Assembly (NCBI GenBank): GCA_001002135.1
Contig: LCLP01000001.1
Location: 361,114-425,113 of the forward strand
Direction: 5' to 3'
DNA: 64,000 nt
From: Candidatus Pacebacteria bacterium GW2011_GWA1_46_10
Lineage (GTDB): Bacteria > Patescibacteriota > Microgenomatia > UBA1400 > PJMF01
Shown here: positions 57,817 to 64,000 of the stretch, in pieces
How the letters are laid out: each line of letters starts with the position of its first letter
How positions within the stretch are numbered: position 1 is the first letter of the stretch
Translations under genes and position numbers: made by a program
Notes under the pieces: model-generated
Told to the model about the DNA's origin: nothing
Seen by the model: the letters and a program-made list of their open reading frames with translations, nothing else
Databases searched by the model: none

Positions 57817-59447
57817 AAAAGAGGTTGTTCTTTATTATTGCTGTTTTGTTACCGCTACTAGCGCTGACTCGACCATACCTTCGAGCAGGTGTGCCATACA
57901 CTCATGACGGTGAAAACCATTTAGCTCGTTTTGCCAACTATAAAGTGGCGGTCAGAGAGGGCCAAGTTCCCCCTCGCTTTGCCCCGAATTTAATGAATCA
58001 TTACGGCTATCCAGTATTCAACTATAACTATCCACTGCTTAATATGCTGTCACTGCCACTCAGTATCATTGGCATCCACTACGAACTCACTTTTAAGTTT
58101 CTAATGATTGGTGGTTTAGTGCTTGGAGCTTGGGGGATTACTCGTTGGTTGGCGGTGAGTGGTTTTTCTCGCCGTGCCAAGTTATTTGCGGTTGGCACTT
58201 ATATGCTGGCGCCGTTTACCGTGAACCTTATTTTTGTGCGCGGTAATATTGGGGAGGTTTGGGCCTTGGCGCTTTTCCCGTGGCTACTGTGGTTTTCCAA
58301 GATGATTAAACAACGAACAAGAGTGAGTTGGTTGGTCAGTGTGTCACTGATTACAGCTTTTTTGCTGTCGCACAACGTCTCGGTACTTTTTGGTGGAGTG
58401 TTGTGGTTTCTTTATACTCTCAAAGAATTCGGCAAGCAGAAAGCATTATGGAAAGTCTGGTTGGGTCCGGTAGTAATCTCAGTGTTACTCAGTCTGTGGT
58501 TTTGGTTGCCGGCTGTGGCTGAAAAAGGGTTTATCGTGGTGGATGATGCCAACTTGAGTTCGCAGTTTGCCACCCATTTTGTTCAGCCGTTACAGCTTTT
58601 GGCCTCACCCCTGCGGTTTGGTTATTCGTTTGAAACAGCGGTTGACACCATTAGTTTTTCGGTTGGGGCAATTGGTTTTGCCAGTTTAGTACTGATGACG
58701 GTATGGTTACTGCGATTGCGCAAGACGGACCGCCGTCACCTTGATCGGTACCGATTATGGTTTTTTGTCATTGTTTGCTGGGGATTGCTCTTTTTGCAGA
58801 CTGACTTTTCGTACCAAGTGTGGCGCTTCCTGCCACTCGTGGCATTCATTCAGTTTCCATGGCGTCTGACATTATTTTTTGTGGTGTTAGTTTTACCGCT
58901 GGTAGCGACACTGTTTACTCACTTAAAAAAAGTCCGTTGGCTATTGTGGGCACTCTTTTTCGGGCAGCTGATGGTGTTGTGGCGCTTACAACCAATCGCT
59001 TTTTTGCATCAGACGCCAGAACAATATGATCTTTTTCCACAAAGCACGAGTACTCTCAACGAAAATTTGCCTAAAGGATTTACGTATTTACTGATTGGTG
59101 ATTGGCAACCGGCCCCAAGCGCACTGGTGGGTGAATTTACAGCCAACGTGGCTGATTGGACAGGGTCTCGTCGGTACTACCACCTCAATGTAACTCAAGA
59201 TGCCTTGGTGGTGGAACCAACGATGTATTTTCCGGGTTGGGAAACGACGATCAACGGGGAGTTGATAGAGTATGTTGATGTGAGTGAAGCTGAGGGACGA
59301 CTAGGTTACCGCTTGCCAGCAGGTGAGTATGAGGTCGAAACCCGTTTTACCCAAAATACTTGGCCAAGAATGGTGGGCAACAGTCTCAGTGTGCTGGCGG
59401 TAGCAATCTGGGGGTGGCTGGTATGGCGAGAAAAACAAGTCTCCTAA
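57813..59447 (+). CDS. large polytopic membrane protein with C-terminal domain (GT-C-like, uncharacterised family); paralog of 33724..35502
   Basis: YTHDGENHLARFANYKVAVREGQVPPRFAPNLMNHYGYPVFNYNYPLLNML shares the H-x(n)-R...GYG/YGYP-F-FY-PL pattern with the 33724 gene. At least 10 TM helices. Confidence 0.45.
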   Translation: MKKRLFFIIAVLLPLLALTRPYLRAGVPYTHDGENHLARFANYKVAVREGQVPPRFAPNLMNHYGYPVFNYNYPLLNMLSLPLSIIGIHYELTFKFLMIGGLVLGAWGITRWLAVSGFSRRAKLFAVGTYMLAPFTVNLIFVRGNIGEVWALALFPWLLWFSKMIKQRTRVSWLVSVSLITAFLLSHNVSVLFGGVLWFLYTLKEFGKQKALWKVWLGPVVISVLLSLWFWLPAVAEKGFIVVDDANLSSQFATHFVQPLQLLASPLRFGYSFETAVDTISFSVGAIGFASLVLMTVWLLRLRKTDRRHLDRYRLWFFVIVCWGLLFLQTDFSYQVWRFLPLVAFIQFPWRLTLFFVVLVLPLVATLFTHLKKVRWLLWALFFGQLMVLWRLQPIAFLHQTPEQYDLFPQSTSTLNENLPKGFTYLLIGDWQPAPSALVGEFTANVADWTGSRRYYHLNVTQDALVVEPTMYFPGWETTINGELIEYVDVSEAEGRLGYRLPAGEYEVETRFTQNTWPRMVGNSLSVLAVAIWGWLVWREKQVS

Positions 59448-60571
59448 ACACGCTGTTGATTACCGTCATAGTCTGGCGGTTAGCTTTGCTGGGGTTGGGC
59501 GCAGTGGGTGATCACTTTTTGCCGTATAACCCTTCTTTTCCTTACGCGCGAGAGTTGTTAGCGAAGCTGAACCTACCTCGTTGGCTCTATTCCTGGGGAA
59601 GTTTTGATGGTGTGCACTACCTAGGGATTGCCCAAAACGGTTATACAAACACGGCGTTTATTCAAGCTTTTTTTCCGGTTTTTCCCTTGCTGTTGCGAGT
59701 CTTTGCCAATCCTTTACTCTCAGGTTTGGTGCTCAATGTACTGCTCATTGTATGCTTGGCGTTAGTGTGGCATCAGTTAGTACTGCTGGATCAGACCCAA
59801 AAACAAGCTCGATGGTCGCTCCTGGCGCTGTTGCTGTTTCCGACCAGTTTCTTTTTTGGGGCACTCTATACTGAAACCTTGTTTTTACTACTCGTTATCG
59901 GCTCACTGCTGATGGCTCGTCGTAAACAGTGGCAGTGGGCCGGCAGTTTGGCCGCCGTCGCTTCAGGCACCCGTATTATTGGTATTTTTCTCTTACCAAC
60001 ATTACTGGTTGAGCTTTGGTGGCAGCGCAGGCCAAGCTCGGTTCAGCAGTTTTTGACCAAAAATACGCGCGAGTTCAAGTATATTGCTTTGTCGCTCTTG
60101 GGTTTGGCAGTGTATATGTTTTATCTCTGGCTCACCTTTGCTGATCCACTCTATTTTCTGCACGTGCAGAGTGAATTTGGCAGTGGCAGGCAGGAGTCAC
60201 TGATACTTTTTCCGCAAGTAATCTGGCGGTATGTGAAGATTCTCTGGACGGCACGGCCTTTTGATTGGAAATATTTTGCCTATGCGCAAGAGTTTATTTT
60301 GTCGCTAGGGGTGTTGAGCGGACTTTTGATCTGGTTTAAAAAAATTCGTCCTTCATATCTGATATTTTCACTGTTGGCGTTTTTCTTGCCGACGGTAACA
60401 GGTACCCTGACCAGTATGCCACGCTATGTGCTGATGTGTTTTCCGATTTTTCTTTTACTTGGCGAGCTTTTCGCCAAGAAACCGCTGTGGCGCGCTTTTC
60501 TCCTGACAGCCTCCGTAATTTTGCTTATAATCAACACCGTCCTGTTTATTCAGGGATATTGGGTAGCGTAA
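59423..60571 (+). CDS. PIG-V/Gpi18-like (GT76-type) mannosyltransferase-family membrane protein
   Basis: WGSFDGVHYLGIAQNGYTNTAFIQAFFPVFP resembles the W-D-x-x-H/W-F-L-x-IA-x-x-GY loop motif of PF04188 proteins. About 8 TM helices. ATG 59423 is preferred over the track's 59360. Confidence 0.45.
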   Translation: MARKTSLLNTLLITVIVWRLALLGLGAVGDHFLPYNPSFPYARELLAKLNLPRWLYSWGSFDGVHYLGIAQNGYTNTAFIQAFFPVFPLLLRVFANPLLSGLVLNVLLIVCLALVWHQLVLLDQTQKQARWSLLALLLFPTSFFFGALYTETLFLLLVIGSLLMARRKQWQWAGSLAAVASGTRIIGIFLLPTLLVELWWQRRPSSVQQFLTKNTREFKYIALSLLGLAVYMFYLWLTFADPLYFLHVQSEFGSGRQESLILFPQVIWRYVKILWTARPFDWKYFAYAQEFILSLGVLSGLLIWFKKIRPSYLIFSLLAFFLPTVTGTLTSMPRYVLMCFPIFLLLGELFAKKPLWRAFLLTASVILLIINTVLFIQGYWVA

Positions 60572-60575
60572 AAAT

Positions 60576-61496
60576 ATGAAAATTCTCGTCACTGGCGGTG
60601 CTGGCTTTATTGGTTCTCATGTGGCCGATGCGTACATCAAACTTGGTCATGAAGTGGTTATAGTGGACAATCTTTCCACCGGCAAGAAAGAGTTTGTCAA
60701 TCCGAAAGCAGAATTTGTTGAAGCCGACATTGCCGACCGAGAAACAATTCAAAGTATTGTCAGCGTGCAGCGACCGGAAGTGATTAATCATCACGCCGCG
60801 CATATTCAAGTGGGCCACTCGGTGGAAGATCCCCAGTTTGATGCTACAGCCAATATTTTGGGCACTTTGAACATCATGGAAGTTGCCCGGCAAATCCCGG
60901 TTAAAAAAGTCATTTTCGCTGCGACCGGGGGAGCGATGTATGGCAATAAGCCCACCCCATTTGATGAGTCGATGAAAGAGGAGCCACTCTCACCCTATGG
61001 TATTTCCAAGCGGGCGGCTGAACTCTATTTCAATTATTACTACGAATTGTACAAAATTCCCTATGTTTCCCTGCGTTACTCCAATGTTTATGGCCCGCGC
61101 CAAAATCCGCATGGGGAGTCGGGAGTAGTGGCTATTTTCGCTGAGGCAATTATGGCAGGGAAGACGCCCGTGATTAATGGTGATGGCACTCACACTAGAG
61201 ATTATGTCTATGTCAGTGACGTAGTGGGGGCTAACGTGCTGGCACTAACCACTGATTTTGTCGGCGAACTGAATATTGGTACCAAAACAGAAATTAGTAC
61301 GAATGAAGTGTTTGATAAAGTGACCACGGAGTTTGGCAAACACCTGGAGCGCCAATACGGCTCTCCCCGCCCGGGGGAGCAGGTAACCAGCTCTTTGGAT
61401 TACTCAAAGGCCAAGCAGAAACTTGGTTGGGAACCAAAAGTTACTTTTGATGAAGGGGTACAACTGGTTGCTAATTGGTATAAAAATCGGCGTTGA
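60576..61496 (+). CDS. NAD-dependent nucleotide-sugar epimerase (GalE/UDP-hexose 4-epimerase-like)
   Basis: MKILVTGGAGFIGSHV Rossmann motif, an SPYGISKRAAE (YxxxK) catalytic motif, and NVYGPRQ. Confidence 0.75.
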   Translation: MKILVTGGAGFIGSHVADAYIKLGHEVVIVDNLSTGKKEFVNPKAEFVEADIADRETIQSIVSVQRPEVINHHAAHIQVGHSVEDPQFDATANILGTLNIMEVARQIPVKKVIFAATGGAMYGNKPTPFDESMKEEPLSPYGISKRAAELYFNYYYELYKIPYVSLRYSNVYGPRQNPHGESGVVAIFAEAIMAGKTPVINGDGTHTRDYVYVSDVVGANVLALTTDFVGELNIGTKTEISTNEVFDKVTTEFGKHLERQYGSPRPGEQVTSSLDYSKAKQKLGWEPKVTFDEGVQLVANWYKNRR

Positions 61497-61523
61497 CCGA
61501 TTAATCCCGTATAATAGCCACTT

Positions 61524-62207
61524 ATGGCGGCCAAATCCATACTTTTCTCTAAGACCTGGATTGTCATTCCTGGTTTTAACGAAGCCAAGTATTTAGCCAC
61601 TGTCCTCAAGAAAACCCTCAAGCAAACGCCGCGGATTATTTATGTCGATGATGGTTCGCATGATCACTCGGCTCAAATCGCTCAAAAATATCTTGAACAC
61701 GTCATCATCCACGAAGTCAATCTTGGGAAAGGCGCGGCGCTCAAGACTGGCTGCGACTATGCTTTTAACTTCCTCAAGGCTCAAGCAGTCATTCTAATGG
61801 ACGCGGACGACCAGCATAATCCAGCCGAGATTCCACTGTTTGTCCAACAACTCAGGAAAGGCAGTCAAGTAGTATTGGGTGCCCGGTCGCTGTTTTCCAA
61901 AATGCCCTTAGTCCGTAAAATCGGTAATGCTTTCACCTCGGCGGTGATGCTAATCTTGTTTTGGCGTTATATTCCGGATATTTTGTCCGGCTATAAGGCT
62001 TTTACGAGGCGCGCGTACCGCAAACTTTACTGGGAGGCGACCGACTACAGTGTGGAACTGGAGATCGCTGCCAAAATCGCCATGAATCGGTTACAATTCT
62101 CCTTAGTGAGCATCAAAACGATTTATCACGATCTGGATCGAGGGATGAGTATTATTGATGCGATCAAAGTAGCACTAAAAATCGTGAGTCTCAGATTGGG
62201 ATTATGA
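61524..62207 (+). CDS. polyprenol-phosphate glycosyltransferase (GT2, GtrB/ArnC-like)
   Basis: IVIPGFNEAKYLATVLKKTL...YVDDGSHDHS...MDADDQHNP; a short (227 aa) GtrB-type GT2. Confidence 0.7.
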   Translation: MAAKSILFSKTWIVIPGFNEAKYLATVLKKTLKQTPRIIYVDDGSHDHSAQIAQKYLEHVIIHEVNLGKGAALKTGCDYAFNFLKAQAVILMDADDQHNPAEIPLFVQQLRKGSQVVLGARSLFSKMPLVRKIGNAFTSAVMLILFWRYIPDILSGYKAFTRRAYRKLYWEATDYSVELEIAAKIAMNRLQFSLVSIKTIYHDLDRGMSIIDAIKVALKIVSLRLGL

Positions 62208-62536
62208 GTATTTTTCAAATCATTGCCGTTTTTTTTGCGCTGCTGATGCTCTATATCACTCGCGTGCACACCTTGCGTCAGCGTTTCTCCATGACCGAAA
62301 CCTTTTTTTGGTACTCGTTGTGGTTAGTGTTCATAGTGGTGGCGGTTTTCCCGGATTTACTGCGCGGCATCAGTGACTTATTGCACTTCTCCCGCGTGTT
62401 TGACTTGTTGGTGGTAGGAGCGTTAATGGTGTTAACGGTGGTGGTGGTGCTTAATTATTTCCAGCAGCGAGCCAATGGTCGTAAGTGGGAAGAATTTATT
62501 CGTCAGCGCGCGATCGACCACACCAAAAAGAAGTAA
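62204..62536 (+). CDS. DUF2304-like small membrane protein (partner of the GT2 just upstream)
   Basis: 110 aa with three TM helices (MSIFQIIAVFFALLMLYITRV...). ATGA overlap with the preceding GT2. Confidence 0.45.
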   Translation: MSIFQIIAVFFALLMLYITRVHTLRQRFSMTETFFWYSLWLVFIVVAVFPDLLRGISDLLHFSRVFDLLVVGALMVLTVVVVLNYFQQRANGRKWEEFIRQRAIDHTKKK

Positions 62537-62540
62537 AGAG

Positions 62541-63344
62541 ATGGATTTTTTTATTGTCACGCCGTCTTTTAACCAACGGCGCTTTCTTCAGCAAACGATT
62601 GACAGTGTGTTGCGTCAAAAGGGCGATTTTACAGTAACCTATTGGGTCTTTGATGGCGGTTCGACCGATGATAGTCAAACTCTTTTAAAAAAATACAACA
62701 GGCGTTTGCGGTGGCAATCAAAAAAAGACAAGGGCCAAACAGCTGCCATTAACAAAGGTATCAAACAACTGAGGGTTTGGCTCAAAAAAACGAAAAAAAA
62801 TCCTGACGAAGTGATTTTTGCGTACCTTAATTCCGATGATTATTATTTGCCGGGTGTTTTTCAATTGGTCGCCAAGCTTTTTGCCCGCACCCACCAAACT
62901 TGGCTGGTTGGCGATTGTCTGATTGTCAATGAGCGCGGCCGAGTGATCCAATCGTGGGTGAGAAAATACAAGCAATTTTGGCGTTTTTGGCTCTCACCGT
63001 CACTGTTGGGCGTTTTAAACCCTATTCCTCAGCCTGGTGTTTTCATCAAAGCCTCCCAAATGCTTAAAATCGGCTTGTTTGATGAGAGCTTGAGGTATGT
63101 GATGGATTATGATTATTGGTTTCGGTTGTTCGCGCAGAGTGGCCGGCCAATAATCACCTCACGGGCTTTAGCGGCTTTTCGTATTCACTCGCAGTCAAAA
63201 GGCGGTAGTCAGTTTCGCCGTCAGTTTGCGGAACAACAGCAAGTGGCAAAAAAGTATCTAGCTAACTCTTTTTTATTAGGACTACAAGTCATTCATAATA
63301 TGCTCATAAACTTTTTATATCAAATGATGAAGACAAATTTATAA
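62541..63344 (+). CDS. glycosyltransferase family 2
   Basis: MDFFIVTPSFNQRRFLQQTIDSVL...FDGGSTDDS...NSDDYY. ATG 62541 with AAAGAG upstream; the track's 62475 start overlaps the upstream gene. Confidence 0.7.
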   Translation: MDFFIVTPSFNQRRFLQQTIDSVLRQKGDFTVTYWVFDGGSTDDSQTLLKKYNRRLRWQSKKDKGQTAAINKGIKQLRVWLKKTKKNPDEVIFAYLNSDDYYLPGVFQLVAKLFARTHQTWLVGDCLIVNERGRVIQSWVRKYKQFWRFWLSPSLLGVLNPIPQPGVFIKASQMLKIGLFDESLRYVMDYDYWFRLFAQSGRPIITSRALAAFRIHSQSKGGSQFRRQFAEQQQVAKKYLANSFLLGLQVIHNMLINFLYQMMKTNL

Positions 63345-63396
63345 TGCGAAGCATTGTAGGCACGTATAATGAGGTGATTTGATAGTGAGTAAAACA

Positions 63397-64000
63397 ATGA
63401 TCACTTTTTTTAAAAAATTTTTTCTGAGTCCAGTCATATGGATTTTGCTGGCGTCAGTGTTGTTTATGTCGCCGATGTTGTTATACCCAACCTTTAATTA
63501 TATTGATGATGGACAAACTTTACTGACCGGCAAAACTTTATTAGCGACAAATGATTGGTCGATTTGGCAGAAAAGTTTGTTTGAGTATGAAAACGGCCGT
63601 TTACGGCCAGCGTATCAATTGTACTTGCTGTTGATGTACCTTTTATTTGATGTTCGTCCGCTGGGGTATTGGTTGTCTCAGACTTTAGTCTTGGCTCTGA
63701 CTTTACTTGGTTTGCGGGCGCTGATTAAGCAACTTACCCAAGCAAAGGAGTGGGTGATTGGTCTTGCTTTGACCATATTTTTACTCTTGCCCGCGACCAT
63801 TGAAAATCTCTACCGGTTGGGTACAGCGGAGCCTCGCCAAACTCTCTTTCTGGTTTGGTTTTTGGTTTGGTTGAGTAAACTCAACCTGAAGCGCTTTAAC
63901 TGGCAAAGTCTAGCGCTGGGGAATATTCTTTTACTCTTGGCTTTGGCGACCAAGGAAACTTCTGTTTTGGTCTGGCCGATGATCGCGATTTTTTTTGTTT
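63397..64000 (+). CDS. GT-C-like polytopic membrane glycosyltransferase, 3' partial at the window edge
   Basis: MITFFKKFFLSPVIWILLASVLF...DDGQTLLTGKTLLATNDWSIWQ... An N-terminal TM helix plus a D-rich loop is followed by further TM helices. The ORF runs off the window. Confidence 0.4.
   Translation, partial: MITFFKKFFLSPVIWILLASVLFMSPMLLYPTFNYIDDGQTLLTGKTLLATNDWSIWQKSLFEYENGRLRPAYQLYLLLMYLLFDVRPLGYWLSQTLVLALTLLGLRALIKQLTQAKEWVIGLALTIFLLLPATIENLYRLGTAEPRQTLFLVWFLVWLSKLNLKRFNWQSLALGNILLLLALATKETSVLVWPMIAIFFV

Overview
This 64 kb window is compact and gene-dense (about 48-50% GC, standard genetic code, many ATGA/GTGA/TAATG start-stop overlaps). It looks like a small-genome, probably uncultivated bacterium; a CPR/Patescibacteria-like origin is inference only. 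The first ~18 kb carries housekeeping genes: frr, an RseP-like site-2 protease, a DUF3048 protein, secD/secF, a CCA-adding enzyme, recJ, a DsbA-like oxidoreductase, a PrmC/HemK methyltransferase, a Cas4-like PD-(D/E)XK nuclease, and a thioredoxin. The same stretch holds an MscS-like channel gene with an N-terminal S4 voltage-sensor-like domain that is interrupted by one in-frame TGA, a tRNA-Gln(CTG), and an OmpR-type response regulator convergent with a sensor-less histidine kinase. From ~19 kb to the window end (~45 kb) almost everything belongs to one cell-envelope glycosylation super-locus. It contains at least 11 paralogous polytopic GT-C membrane glycosyltransferases of the ArnT/PMT type (GT39/GT83), including two PMT-like genes with the HPPL motif and two tandem duplicate pairs. 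It also contains about ten GT2 enzymes (a Ppm1/GtrB-like polyprenol-phosphate-sugar synthase fused to GtrA, and a GtrB-like + DUF2304 pair), two GT4, a Wzx-like flippase, an LCP ligase, and a PIG-V-like mannosyltransferase homolog. Nucleotide-sugar genes are present for GDP-D-rhamnose (gmd-rmd), dTDP-L-rhamnose (rmlB, rmlD-like), UDP-glucuronate (ugd) and a GalE-like epimerase. trmD, surE and argS sit inside these glycan operons. Several operon-leading genes carry a TAnAAT hexamer 6-7 nt upstream of the start codon with no Shine-Dalgarno sequence, which suggests leaderless transcripts. No CRISPR array, rRNA, transposase or integrase was recognised. All calls come from motif-level reading of the ORF translations; no database search was possible.
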